Part shown: one piece after another, positions 1 to 12,516 of the stretch | How positions within the stretch are numbered: the stretch's first letter is position 1 | Layout: the number at the start of each line of letters is the position of its first letter | Origin: Eledone cirrhosa | Taxonomy: Eukaryota | Direction: 5' to 3' | NCBI GenBank assembly: GCA_964016885.1 | Contig: OZ024742.1 | Span: 70,184,001-70,248,000 of the forward strand | Length of the DNA: 64,000 nucleotides | The notes under the pieces: generated by a model | Databases searched by the model: none | What the model was told of the DNA's origin: nothing | The model's input: only the letters and a program-made list of their open reading frames with translations | Program-made: the position numbers and the translations under genes

Positions 1-1790
1 TTGTTTCGGTTGTGTCTGTGTTTGTTGTGAGTGCGGTGTCTGTGGTTTCAGATGTGTGTATATTTGTTCTTGCGTCTGTTTAGGTTGTTTGCGTTTGGGG
101 GATACTAGTGATGGTGATGGTGGTGTTATTAGAGAGATGTTTGCGTGGGTAGTGTCTGCGTTTTTTATTGTGGGTGATTTTGTGCTTTTTTGAGCTTTTT
201 TTTTCTTTTTGTGTTTCCTTTTTTGTATTTTGGGGTATTTTGGTTTTCCCTCATCTTCACTACTGGTAGATGAGGGGTCTGTGTCTGTAAGTGTGTCTGT
301 ATGTATGTTTATGGTTTTATTGGTGTGTGTATTTTTTTTGGGGGGGGGGGGGGGGATTTGACAGTTTTCCTCGTTTCCCCCCTGGGTAGTCAATGTTGGT
401 GGTGGTCTTTCTATTGGTGTTGTTGTTGGTGGTTTTGCCGGGGCTGGTGTTGGTTGTGGTCCTCGCCCCGGCGTCGGCAGCAGTGGAGCCTTTCGACCCC
501 TTGCCTCTTTCAGCAGTTGAGGGCAGAAGGCTCGCAAATGGGTTTTTTCCCCACAAACAAAACACTGCGGCCTTTTGCATTCGGTCATAATGTGAATGAC
601 CGTCCCATTCTGAAGGCGGATGTAGTCCGGGATTGTCTTAACATTCTCGGGCCTGATCAGAAGGATCTCCAGTTCAACCCCGGACCAGTCCTCTCTTGCT
701 GTTCTGGTCACTTCTATAGGGACGGTATCCGTCCCCTCCACAATCACACATCCCAGAAGCCACCACATGTCAAGTCCTGGTGGGATTCTGGGAATGCGGA
801 GACGGGCCGTTCTTTTTCCCATGTGGGAGGGGTACATTATGACCTTGCTGGTTTTGCAAGGAGTCATAGCGTGTTTCATAGCGAGGGCTTCTGACTTGAA
901 CAACACCCAAATGGTGCCGTACTGTCTGCCCCTCACTATGTACTGGGTGTCTTCTCTGATGCACCTCAGCGCGACTTCACATCTTGTGGGATTAAAGCTG
1001 CCCTTTTGGTTTGTGCTGAGATGCATCTATAATGCACCTTTCTGCGCTCCACTGCCTCAATAGCTTCTACCGGGACAGTTAAGTTGGCCAGGGTTTGCTT
1101 GATGAGCTTCCATGCCTGGGCCAACTTTTCATCTTTGTTTGAGAGGTCCATGTTGAAGTATGGCCTCTTTTTTACTGCTGCCGCAACGAAAGTGTTCTTC
1201 TTGTTTTCGTTGGGGGTGTTGTTGGTGTTGTTGTTAGCACTGTCACTGTTATCATTGTTGTCTTTGTTGCCACCGTTGTTCTCGGTGCAGTTGGTATTGT
1301 TGCTGTTGGTGTTGTCGCTATTTGTTTTCATGTTAGTGGTGTTGATATTGTTGTTGTATTTGTTTTGTTTTTTTTTGTTATCTGTATTTTCGTTGTCGCT
1401 GTTACTGTCATTTTTTTTTAAATTAGAGTTCTCATTGGTATCATTGGTTACATTGTTTGTGGTGGTGTTTGTGTTATCAATTTGTGTTAATTTCGCTGTA
1501 GCGCTCCTCTCAACTTCTACGTCGTTGTGGCACGACAGCAGACATATCGCTGGGGGGGGGGGGGGCGTGGCTCAGCCATGTTTTTAATTCTGTAGATTTT
1601 TTAAAATGTAAAAAAAGTTCAAATATTTGGGCCAAAAGGCCCAAATATTATACTTTCCCCTTCACAGGGCAAAGTCTAAGGGCTTATATATCCCTTACAC
1701 AACAAGAAATATTTAACAACAAATAATTTTAACAGGCAAATAAAGCAACTTACTAGGAGCGAGCAAAATACGTCCGATTAGACCAATAAT
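1..1790 (-). mobile_element. 5' part of a non-LTR retrotransposon (L1/Tx1-like): 5'UTR plus frameshifted ORF1 with CCHC zinc knuckle; runs off the window start
   Basis: Minus-strand ATG at 1579 (MAEPRPPPP...), Asn/Thr-rich low-complexity N-terminus, then KRPQCFVCGEKTHLRAFCP (CX2CX4HX4C) at ~520-580. ORF1 is split over frames. The 5' end abuts a (TAA)n tract at ~1786-1805. Confidence 0.75.
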
Positions 1791-2070
1791 AATAATAATA
1801 ATAATGCTTTCTTTATTTTAGGGTATAACAAACAAAATTCTATGGCTTCCTATATTTTAGGATGTTGCTCATTTTTTTTTTAACTGTTAAAATGTACATT
1901 TGTTACAATCGAAGATTATTCAGTGATATAAAATCTGTTGTGTAGGCACTTTTTTGTACCCTTATTTTTCCTTCCACCATACCCAGTACAAGTCAGGAAA
2001 TGTATTTCTTGTGGCCACTTACAGATAGCAGACTTTTCTTTGAATCCATTAGAATATAACGTGCATCTGT

Positions 2071-2260
2071 AATAATTGTTTCTACTTTTGGCACAAGGCC
2101 AGCAATTACCCAGTACATTACTGGTACTTTATTTTATCGACCTCGTAAAGATGAAAGGCAAAGTTGACCTTGGCGGGATTTGAACTCGGAATGAAAAGGG
2201 CTGTAACTCTATGCGTCAAAGCATGGTGTCTGACCCTCTACCGATACTGCCAATCCACAC
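2071..2260 (-). mobile_element. tRNA-derived SINE family B (Meta-domain-like core GCCTTTCATCC...GTCGATAAAATAAAGTACCAG)
   Basis: Close match to copies at 30995, 41787, 45437, 50037, 50472 and 56350; B-box GAGTTCAAATCC; tail AGTAGAAACAATTATT. Confidence 0.85.
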
Positions 2261-3426
2261 CACTACTTCTGTATTCTTGTCATTCAGAAGGTGTAGTATA
2301 GGTGGGAGCAGACACAGTACTTTGGTCCTCAATGTTGCTGCATTCTATTTTGAAGTACTATCGATGCCTAGTGGGTGAGGTCTTGGTCTTGTAATGTTGG
2401 TGTATGTCTTCAACATCTTGATCACCAGTCAACGACCATGATATATATGTGTATGTGTGTGAATTGAACATCATATCATTCATAAAATGTATAATTAATT
2501 CCAAATAAATATTTTCTATTTAAAAATTACAAGACAGTACAATGTCTTTCATATCAAATATTGCTATTTTCCTTCCAACATCAATTGAGTTACACATCTA
2601 AAACTCAGCTGCTAATCATTAAATATAAAAAAGTCATAAAAATACTATATAAGTTAATTATTAACTCTATAAAAAATATTTTTTATGTAGATATTGCTTT
2701 ATTATTTCCATTCTACTGAAATATTTCCTGAAAGCAATATGATTAGCAAGTGGATTAGCGACTGTATGGCAAGTAAAGTTCCCACACTGTTCACACCCCA
2801 CAACTTGACAGATGTCTCTGATTTTATTATTATATTAATGCACCTAAGTTATCTTATAAAGAACTATTAATACAAACTAATTTGTCAAAGTCTCTGTGAT
2901 AGGTTTTATGACTCTACAGTAGTATATATCAGTGTTCTGATTAACAAAATGGCATGATACTCTTGGGAATTCAACTCAACTTTGTTTACTTCTCCACAAA
3001 GTCTTTTTATTGGTAGTTTTATAATCTTGTATCACAAAAGTAATTCTCATATTAAGGTGAAAGCATATTGTACAATTGTTTTGACATTAGGAGTGATTTC
3101 TTTTAAAAGGTTATAAATTTCAGTGTTAAAGTATTATGGGTGTAAGAAAAGTTTAATGTACATGTGCATGCATATTGACATATATACTCATATTTATGTG
3201 TCTGTGATTTTATATATAATGTGTGTGTGTATATATGTACAATCTAAATGTCTATTTGTATACATATATATAAATATATATGTTTACTCACCATGCCAGT
3301 GTGGAAAGCAGGCGTAGAATGATGATATATACATACACACACACACATATATGTATGCACACACACGCAGACATTGTGTCTATATCATCATCACCGTTTT
3401 ACGTCCGTTCTTCCACGCTAGCATGG

Positions 3427-3428
<2 letters not shown>

Positions 3429-3478
<50 letters not shown>
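3429..3478. repeat. (TA)n microsatellite
   Basis: Perfect TA run of ~50 nt. Confidence 0.95.
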
Positions 3479-3482
<4 letters not shown>

Positions 3483-3549
3483 CACATTGTATATACATAT
3501 ACACTGTTTACGTATATTATATATACACATACACACACACCCACACACA

Positions 3550-3680
3550 TAGCTGTGTGGTTAAGAAGTTTGTTTCTTGACTACGTAGTTTTGGGTTCAT
3601 TCCCACTGCATAGCACCTCAGGAAAGTGTCTTCTAATAGTGTTAGGTTGACCAACTTTGGTAGACAGAAACTGCAGCAGA
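3550..3680 (+). mobile_element. Degraded tRNA-derived SINE family C (GCTGTGTGGTTAAGAAG...GGTTCA..CCCACTGC...AAGTGTCTTCTA)
   Basis: A-/B-box-like head; related copies at ~5690-5835 (-), ~52600-52720 (-), ~63230-63350 (+). Confidence 0.6.
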
Positions 3681-4079
3681 CCAAAGTTTATATATACACA
3701 CATACATCATCATCATCCTTTAACATCTATTTTTTCCATGCTTTCATGGGTTTGTCAGTCCAGAGACAACATCTTGCTCAAACAGATCTGTATTTTGGCT
3801 TGATTTCTATGACTTGAGGCCCTTCCTAACACCAACCACATTACAGTGTAGACTAGGTGCTTTAAATATATATCATCATTTTATGTCCGTTGTTCCATGC
3901 TTGCATGGCTTGGATGGGTCCTTCTCGGTACAGCCTCTCTCCACTTGTTGCGTTACTTTGTAAATAGACCCATGAGTAAGATGGTTGGATAACATCCATA
4001 AACTCAGTTGGGCCTGTTTGTGAGACTGTTGCTTCTGGTAAGACTTTCTGGAAGGTGTGCTGAAGTATCTTCTATAAAT

Positions 4080-4330
4080 ATATATAGTTAATAAAGGAAA
4101 CAACAAACACAGGAATGCAAAAATACAGTTATATTAGGTTGATGCTTAGAGGAGGGTTCAACGTTTCAGATAGAAGTCCTTCATCAGGAAAGCTTGAATA
4201 AGGAGAGAACAGGTAGATGTATGAAAGTAGTGTGTGAAAGTTAGGAAAAGGAGGTTGAAAGGAGAATGATAGGTAGGGGGAGGTAGGCAAAAAGTCCGGC
4301 CTTGGGTGTGGGGGCCAAAGTGGAGGGTAC
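4080..4330 (-). mobile_element. Penelope-like pLTR-type repeat containing a minimal hammerhead ribozyme core
   Basis: Minus strand reads TTC-CTGATGA-AGGACTTCTATCT-GAAAC-GTT-GAA at 4157-4190. The downstream AACCCTC...AACCTAATATA is shared with the copy at 11750-12075. Confidence 0.55.
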
Positions 4331-4859
4331 AGGGGTGTCATGGATGTGGTTGTATGTGTGTGCCAAAGGAAAAAATTGGTAGATGTGCGTGGCTTCAGTC
4401 TGTGTATGTGTGGACGCGTGAGTGTCTCAGAGTCTTATATAGTTGGTGTGTATGTCTGTGAGTTCTTAGCTTTTTGTGCATGTGTGTGTGTGTGGGGGGG
4501 GGGGGGCTTTTTTATGTTGTTCCTGTATGTGAGTGCGTACAATTGTATGTGTATTATTACGTATGTGTTGGATGAGTGTGTCTACATGCGGGTGTGTGTA
4601 GGTGATTTTTTCTATTGTTTCTATGTATGTTAGTGTGTACGTTTGTGTGTGTGTGTATGTGTCTGCTCATGTGTTGGTGGGGTTTTTAAATATTCAATGT
4701 AACTTACCACAATGATGTTATCCAAAGATGAAATTCAGAGTACCATACTATGTTGAAAGTTTCTGCTTCGTATAAATACACACACAGAGTCTACTTATTC
4801 AGTATTAAATACTGTTTATGTACTCTTTACGTAAACCTACTTTATATATCTATATTATA

Positions 4860-5240
4860 TATACATGTATATATATATACAATGATATTAAATAAAAGGA
4901 AACTATATTTATAAAACCATATTTATTCTATTATATATATTTCAAGGGTACCAAAATTTTGGTACGCTATCATCAAATAAAATACGAAGTGTGTTTTATA
5001 AATTTTGACATAACCAAGGAGAATATACCTTAACGGTTCAAGTTATCCCTGGTCGGCCGACCTGACTAGAAACTGCTAAATGTGTGGCCACTTTCTTGTC
5101 TCTGCCTTTTCAGCCAAATTAAATTTTGAATACCTGATGATGTCACCGGATTCATACTGAACCCGGTCATTGAAATGTTCATAGTATAATAAACCTTTAA
5201 GGAATTACACCAGTCCAGCCTCCTGTTATTTTATAATAAT
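4860..5240 (+). mobile_element. Second Penelope-like pLTR-type repeat with hammerhead core
   Basis: TAC-CTGATGA-TGTCACCGG..CCGGTCATT-GAAA-TGTTC-ATA-GTA at 5131-5186 followed by AATAAA; palindrome GGTCGGCCGACC at 5051-5062. Confidence 0.45.
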
Positions 5241-5261
5241 TAACTCCGTACTCCATACTAT

Positions 5262-5647
5262 GGGGGCACATGGCTTAGTGGTTAGAGCATTGGCCTTGCA
5301 ATCAAAAGGTTGTGAGTTCAATTCTCAGACCGGGTGATGTATTGTTTCCTTCAGCAAGACACTTTATTTTACATTGCTCCAGTTTACTCAGCTGTAGAAA
5401 TGAGATGATAGAGACTGGCGTCCCTATCATTCCACTGCAAAGTGGTCGTGGAGGTGCCACGGCAAAAAAAGCACCCAGCCCACACTGTAAAGTGGACGTG
5501 TAGGCGCCACGGGAAAAAAGCACCCAGCACTCACTGTAAATGAGGTTGGTGTTAGGAAGGGCATCCAGCTGTAGAAATCAAGCCAGAATCAGTTCCCGTC
5601 CCACCCTTGCAAGCAGGGAAAAGCGGACGTAAAATGATGATGATGAT
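5262..5647 (+). mobile_element. tRNA-derived SINE family A with RTE-derived 3' end and (GAT)n tail
   Basis: A-box TGGCTTAGTGG, B-box GAGTTCAATTC, CORE/V-like CAAGACACTTT; near-identical copies at 12108, 20336 and 21342; tail GGACGTAAAATGATGATG. Confidence 0.9.
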
Positions 5648-6619
5648 ATATGAGAGAGAAAGAAAGTGAAAGCCACACGCATATATACGGCAGTTCCTAT
5701 CTATCAAATTTGATTAACATGGTATTGGTCAACCTGGGGTTATAGTAGAAGACACTTGCCAAAGGTGTCACACGGAAGGACTGAATACAGAACCAACTGG
5801 TTGAGAAACAAATTCCTTAACCACAGCCATACCTGCACCTCTAGAAGAAATCATTAAATTTAAACAGAGAATAGTCAATGACACAAAGTGTATGTAACTG
5901 ATCTGGGTTCAAATACCAGTTCAGCTTCTTTCTGATGTTTGGCCCTTTTATTACCATATTTCTAATGAAAAACAATGCCATTGATTTTCAAATGATTTTG
6001 AAAATAATTAAGAATTTGGAAGTATTTAGTAATGTAACTAATTTTTTCATTATTCAGCTGATGTTTGGAGCATAACTTAACAAATGTTTTTCTATAAACT
6101 TATGATTGAATAATTTTGGATAAATATAAGCTCTTTAAAACAGTTTTGTATCATAGAGCAAAGTTTAGTATCAAACGTGATAAGAATAGTGCAGACAATT
6201 CAGAGTTTATAGGACTGAGTTCAAATCCCATTGGAGGTCAACTTTATTTTGAGGAATTGTATATCAGCACTAAAGTGTTCCTCTTTACAAAAAATGAATC
6301 TGTGCCTAGTTAAAGAAAATGTATGTACTGTATATACTTGTGTATAAGCTAAGAAATATGTGATAAAAAACATTTCATAAAATGTGTTGTGGTTTATATT
6401 TGATGTCAGTATTTTGAAGATTTTCACCAATTTCAACATCGATGTAAAAAATGTGCCAAAATATCTGATGGTAATTTCTATATGTAAAAATAACAATATT
6501 TCATTAACTTTTAGCATCATACTCTTCATGGACACTTTATATCATGGAATGATGTCACAAACTATGTAACTTTGGCATTGCTGGAAAACTAGGTGAATGG
6601 CTTCATGACTTCTTAAAAG

Positions 6620-7120
6620 AGAGAAGCCAGACTGTTGCAGCCAATGGGGCCCTCTCAAAGGAAATGTCAATAATAAGCCTCAGGGAACTGTCTTGGGACC
6701 ACTACTGTTAGTTGTGGCTCTCTCAGACAGACCCTCTGTAATACAGACAGCCTCCCTCACAAGCTATTCTGATGACATGAAAGTAGCACAGGCAATCAAG
6801 AAACCGGCTGATGCTACTCTCTTACAAGATTTAGATACTATATTCAAATAGGCTGAAGACAACAGCATGCAATTTAATGCAAGTAAGTTTCAAGCTCTTT
6901 ACTATCAACCCACAAACATAGGACCACCACAACGAAGATACACTGAACCAAGAAGAACCAAATTTCTCAAATCAAAATCAATATGGGATCTGGGTATTCA
7001 CATCATGCATTATTTCATGCATACATCACCAAAATGACAGCGATGTACAGACAACTGTGTAGGTTGGCTTCTTAGGACTTTCAGGACAAGAGACCCGGAA
7101 ACCATGTTGGTCCTCTGACA
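6620..7120 (+). mobile_element. Old CR1-clade LINE reverse transcriptase fragment
   Basis: Decayed PQGTVLGPLL, YSDDMK (YADD equivalent) and MQFNASKF motifs. Confidence 0.65.
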
Positions 7121-7474
7121 GTTATCAGATATTGATTACACTGATCTATCTCCTGGACAGAATTCCATTTCATTGCAATCATCCACCTATAACAGTTATT
7201 AGATACATTATATAACCTCGGCAAATGTTATGCAATCCAGGCTAATTGCGATTCATCAGCAGGATTTCCATACAATAACATATTGATCTATAGAGTGTAG
7301 ATTATTAACTAGTTCACTAGCTTCCCAATTCTAGCAGTTCACTATTGCGCTGTCACATAACCTCCAAAATTAAGGAAGATAGTCATGGAAAGAACACACT
7401 GACTTGTTGGTACAATTCAAACTACTAAAATTCACACCAACAAAGAACTTGACCGTTCATTTTCAAACATATTC

Positions 7475-7475
<1 letters not shown>

Positions 7476-7507
<32 letters not shown>

Positions 7508-10320
7508 CGTTTAACGTCCACTTTCCACGCTAGCATGGGTTAGTCGGGAGTTGTCCCACTTGAGGCAAAGTTGGTCGGGTGACTGTGTCTCGCTCATATA
7601 GGACTATCTGGCAGGTTTTCTATGGCTGGATGCCCTTCCTAACACCAACCACATTTACAGTGTGGAACTGGGAACTTTTTACCGTGCTACCTACACGGCC
7701 ACATTACAGCATGGACTGTGTTTTTTTCTCGTGACACCTACACGATCTCGATCTCATTTATCTCATTTATTTGGATTGGATGTTGTGGTACCAACTTTAT
7801 AGAGAGGGGGGGGGGATAGAGTAGGGGTAGTGGATTGGGGTGTATATTTGGTTAAGAGGTGCCTACTGACTGTAGGTTTCGCTTTGTACATAGGCAAGGC
7901 GGGTCTTCTGTATTACGGCGTAGCGCCAAAGGTCTCGGTCCAGTGACATTGTCTTAGAGAGGTGCAAGTGTGTAAGGTCAGAATTTATCAGATCGTCCCA
8001 GGTTTTTATGGGTCTACCTACTCCGTAACTACCATCAATTTTGATCGCCCTGCACTTTTTTATACAGCTGTCGTCTTTCATGAGCATCACGTGGCCATAC
8101 CAACGTAGTCTTCTCTCGAGTAAACAGCTTCTGATCCCTCTTATTCCTAATTTCTCACTTATTTCATTTATGCTTTGCCGTTCACGTATGTTACTATTAC
8201 ACATCCAACGGAGCATGCATGCTTCATTCCTTCCCAGTCTGCACAGGTTCTCTGCACGCAATGCCCATGTCTCACTGCCATGTAGCATTGCTGTTCGTAT
8301 ACAAGCATCATACAATCTGCCTTTCATTTTTAGAGAGAAACCTTTTGTGGCCAACAGCGGTATAAGCTCTCTGAACTTTTTCCATCCCGTTCTGACTCTG
8401 GCTACTGTACTTTCAGAACACCCTCCACCACTGCTGATTTCGTCACCCAGGTAACGGAAAGTGTCTACTATTTTTATAGAACCATCTGGGCAATAGAAGG
8501 GGGTAGTATCCTGTGGACACTTGCTACCTATTGCACCTGAGCATCAGCCACATATAAAGTCTACGTTCTTAGATAGTTTACCTGTGATCCCACTACATCT
8601 TTTATGTACCCATACTTTGCATTTGGGACATAAAATTGAATTTCTGCCTACTCCTTTCCTACACACTGAGCAAGGCCATTTCCCTGAGGGTACCTGTGCC
8701 TTATTTTCCTTTCTACAAACTAGGACTTTAGTCTTAGACAAGTTAACTTTAAGGCCTTTTGATTCTAGGCCATGCTTCCATGTTTGGAATTTCTTTTCTA
8801 GTTCAGCCATTGATTCAGCTATGAGCGTTAGATCATCTGCGTATAGGAGTTCCCATGAGCAGCTGGTCTTGAACTCCTCTGTTATAGCGTGAAGGGCAAT
8901 AATAAATAGGAGGGGGCTAAGGACAGAGCCTTGGTGAACACCAACTTTTACACTAAATTCTTCACAATATTCATTATTAATTCTAACCTTACTGACTGTT
9001 TCATTATACATAGCTTGTATAGCTCTCACAAGCCATTCATCTACACCTAGTTTTCTAAGAGCCCACCAGATAATGGAGCGGGGGACTCTGTCAAAGGCAT
9101 TTTCCAGGTCTACAAAAGCTAAGTAGAGGGGTTTACTTTTAGCTAGGTACTTCTCTTGTAGTTGTCGTACAAGTAAAAGAGCGTCTGTGGTACTTTTACC
9201 TGACACAAACCCAAACTGCATTTCATCTAGATCAATTCGCTCTCTGATTAGTTGCGCTATAACTCTTTCTGTGACCTTCATGACCTGGTCAATTAACTTA
9301 ATGCCTCTATAGTTTCCTCTATCTAGAGCATCTCCTTTACCCTTGTAGCAGTTAATGATGATGCTGCTATGCCAGTCTTTTGGTATGAGCCCATTCTGTA
9401 TTACTTGGTTAACTATACAGGTGACCATAGTATGTCCCACCATTCCAGATGCCTTCAACATCTCAGCAACTATCTCCGAAGGCCCAGCTACTTTGCCTGT
9501 CTTCATATCTTTGATTGCCTTACTTATTATACTACCTTTAACTTGCACCGCTGGTCCTTCTATTGGATCGATTTGAGGCAGACTATCTTTTTCCCACTTA
9601 TTCTCCTCATTTAATAGTCTCTCGTAGTGACACTTCCAGGCTATCTTCTTATCAGCATCAGTGATGGCAAGTACACCGTTATCATTACGTACACACTTCT
9701 CTCCGGCCATATCACGGTTTTCCTTGACACATTGTCTAGCAATCCTGAACACCTCGCGTTTTTGGTCCTCGCGTTGTAGAACATGCTTGAACTTTCTATC
9801 CTCTGCTTCCCTTTTTGCAAGGTACACTTGTCTCCTAGCTTTTCTCCTGGCCACTTGATAGTGCTCTCTACTTCCCCCATCCTGCCAAACTTTCCAAGCC
9901 TGCTTTTTGGCCTTGATTGTCTCTTCTACCTTACTGTTCCACCACCAAGTTACTCTCCTCCTGCCAATAGGTCGGCTCCAGCCACAGATTTCATCCGTTG
10001 CTTTCAGCAGGTTCACTTTCAAGAATTGCCACTGTTCCTCTATATCGCACGTCTCTAATTGCTCTTCCTTATTGTCAAAGGCATCAAGTAATAAGCTTTT
10101 AAATTTGTCACTGGCTATGGGGTCCTTCAACTTCCATATTCTTCTCCTCAAGGTAGGCCTCCTCTGTCGTCGAGTACGTCTATTTCTGACTGTGAGGTCA
10201 CTAACTACTAGGCTATGTTGGGAGGTGCATTCTTCATGGGGGAGGGGTTTAGTGTTTACAACAGACACTTTGTCCCGTCTTCTAGTAAGGATATAATCTA
10301 TCTGGCTGACGTGTTCCCCT
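7476..10320 (-). mobile_element. Young 5'-truncated RTE-clade LINE (end of AP endonuclease, RT, PHD-like Zn finger, C-terminus, 3'UTR, (GAT)n tail)
   Basis: ORFs 8544..10385 and 7863..8354 are in the same frame, separated by a single TGA. Motifs: SQIDYIL, NYRGIKL, QFGF, FVDLENAFDRV, GVHQGSVLSPLLF, LLYADD, YLG, LHGSETW, RRLRWYGHV. Confidence 0.95.
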
Positions 10321-10580
10321 CTCTCTCTATATATAGAAATACATAGACATATGCAAGAGCTGATTTGCAATATAAAATCAAACAATCAACACTTAATATA
10401 TAATTAATATATAAAAAGTTTTTAAATGTTCTAACCTCATACAGTAGACAAATACAATACATATATATATCTTGTCCATTGAAACACTGTTACAATAAAT
10501 ATAAAAATTTACAAAATTACTGAAACATTGGCACACATACACATACGACCGCAGAAACATAAACAGACTATATATGTATA

Positions 10581-11385
10581 TATCATCATCATCATCATCA
10601 CCATTTTACGTCCGTTCTTCCACGCTAGCATGGGTTAGACGGGTCATCCTGTTGTGGGCAGTAGCCGGTCGGCTGACCATGTCTTGCTCATACGGGAACT
10701 GATTCTGGCTTGATTTCTACAGCTGGATGCCCATCCTAACACCAACCTCATTTACACTGAGTGCTAGGTGCTTTTTTCCGTGGCGCCTACACGTCCACTT
10801 TACAGTGTAGGCTGGGTGCTTTTTTGCCATGGCACCTCCACGACCACTTTGCAGTGGGAGGGGGTGGTGGCATATTGTCTATATGCTTCAGCTGCAGCTT
10901 GTACCGGTGGGGGGGGGTCTTCTGCATTACTGCGTGACGCCAGAGGTCACAGTCCTGTGTCATTGCCTTTGAGACTCTGAGAGGTGTAATTGGGTATGGT
11001 CGGCTTTTATCACCTCATCCCAGGTCTTCTTGGGTTTCCCCACTCCGCGGCTTCCATCACTTCAAGTGCTCTGCACATTTTATGCAGCTGTCATTCTTCA
11101 TACGCATCCCATGTCCATACCAACACAACCACCTCTCTTGCACACAACATTTGATTCTTCTTATGCTCAATCTCTCTCACAATTCGTTTATACTTTGCCG
11201 TTCACGTATATTACTATTGCACATCCATAGGAGCATGCAGGCTTCATTTCTTTCTAATCTACGCAAGTCTTCTACAGACAGCGCCCAGGTCTCACTGCCA
11301 TGTAACATTGCTGTTCGTATACACGCATCATACAGTCGGCCTTTCATTTTGAGGGAAAAGCCTTTTGCAGCTAGCAGTGGCAGTA
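10581..11385 (-). mobile_element. 3' fragment of an RTE LINE subfamily whose 3'UTR matches SINE family A
   Basis: KGFSLKMKGRLYDACIRTAMLHGSETW at 11177-11398; 10690-10860 nearly identical to the SINE A body; (GAT)n tail. Confidence 0.85.
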
Positions 11386-11749
11386 CATATGTATGCATAT
11401 ATATATGAGCAAGACATGGTCACCTGACCCAACTTGGCTGTAATGGGACAATCCATCTAACCTATGCTAGCGTGAAAAATGGGTATTAAACAATGATGAT
11501 GATGATTATGATAAAGACCCTTTTCAGTCACAAATGACCATGGGATTTGCACCTAGTAAGTTCCTTTCTGAGGCACAAGTCTGGGCAAAGTTGTTTGTAG
11601 AAGATCAGCAGTTGCCCATGCATACCAGTCTTCCCTCTCCATGCCATCCATGTTGTTCAAGGGAAAGGCAGTGGCCGATACAACTTGACACCAGAGACAT
11701 TGTAACTCATTTCTACAGCTGAGGAAACTGGAATATATATATATATATT

Positions 11750-12075
11750 AAAATATTTGCTCTAGGGTTCTTATATATTTGATATATATTTACCCTCTTT
11801 GGATTTTAGTCTTCACATTTATTATTATTACTGCCAGCACCAACATTTTGCAAGAGATGTCAACATGAATGGACCTGTTATTGTTATCTAAAGACAGTTT
11901 TTCCAATTCCATCCCACCCGTCCCCTCAATCTATCTTATTTCTCATTCTTTCTTCTGACGAAGGACTAGCGTCTGAAACGATAAAACCCTCTTCCTGCTA
12001 TATCAAGCGTTAACCTAATATATCCCTTCCATATACTGTACCAATTGTGTTGTTATTTCTGTTTACCTTTTACAT
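11750..12075 (+). mobile_element. Penelope-like pLTR-type repeat with hammerhead core (same family as 4080-4330)
   Basis: CTGACGA-A-GGAC-TAGC-GTCT-GAAAC-GAT at 11955-11982. Confidence 0.55.
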
Positions 12076-12107
12076 ACATATATGTATATATGTGTGTGTG
12101 TGTATAT

Positions 12108-12432
12108 ATCATCATCATCATCATTTTACGTCTGCTTTTCCCTGCTTGCAAGGGTGGGACGGGAACTGATTCTGGCTTGATTTCTACAGCTGGATGCCCT
12201 TCCTAACACCAACCTCATTTTACAGTGAGTGCTGGGTGCTTTTTTGCCGTGGCACCTCCACGACCACTTTGCAGTGGAATGATAAGGACCCCAGTGCCTA
12301 TCATCTTATTTCTACAGCTGAGTAAACTGGAGCAATGTGAAATAAAGTGTCTTGCTCAAGGAAACAACACATCACCCGGTCTGAGAATTGAACTCACAAC
12401 CTTTCGATTGCAAGGCCAATGCTCTAACCACT
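12108..12432 (-). mobile_element. SINE family A copy
   Basis: Reverse complement of the 5262 and 21342 copies. Confidence 0.9.
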
Positions 12433-12441
12433 CCATATATG

Positions 12442-12494
<53 letters not shown>

Positions 12495-12516
12495 GATGAA
12501 ATATATGGAGAATAGA

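Noticed and set aside
301-1587. Plus-strand hydrophobic ORFs 301..894 and 1084..1587
   Set aside because: They are antisense shadows of the Asn/Thr-rich LINE ORF1 on the minus strand
3123-3650. Short YI/HT-rich ORFs (also near 12225, 23397 and 34971)
   Set aside because: They are translations of (TA)n/(CA)n microsatellites or SINEs
5262-5335. tRNA-like sequence (also at 20336, 21342, 50037 and others)
   Set aside because: These are SINE heads with A/B boxes that continue into SINE bodies; no proper acceptor stem is evident
10321-10385. Apparent N-terminus of the 613-aa RT ORF (MFDFILQ...)
   Set aside because: It is flanking microsatellite/AT DNA read through from the 5'-truncated LINE and not part of the element
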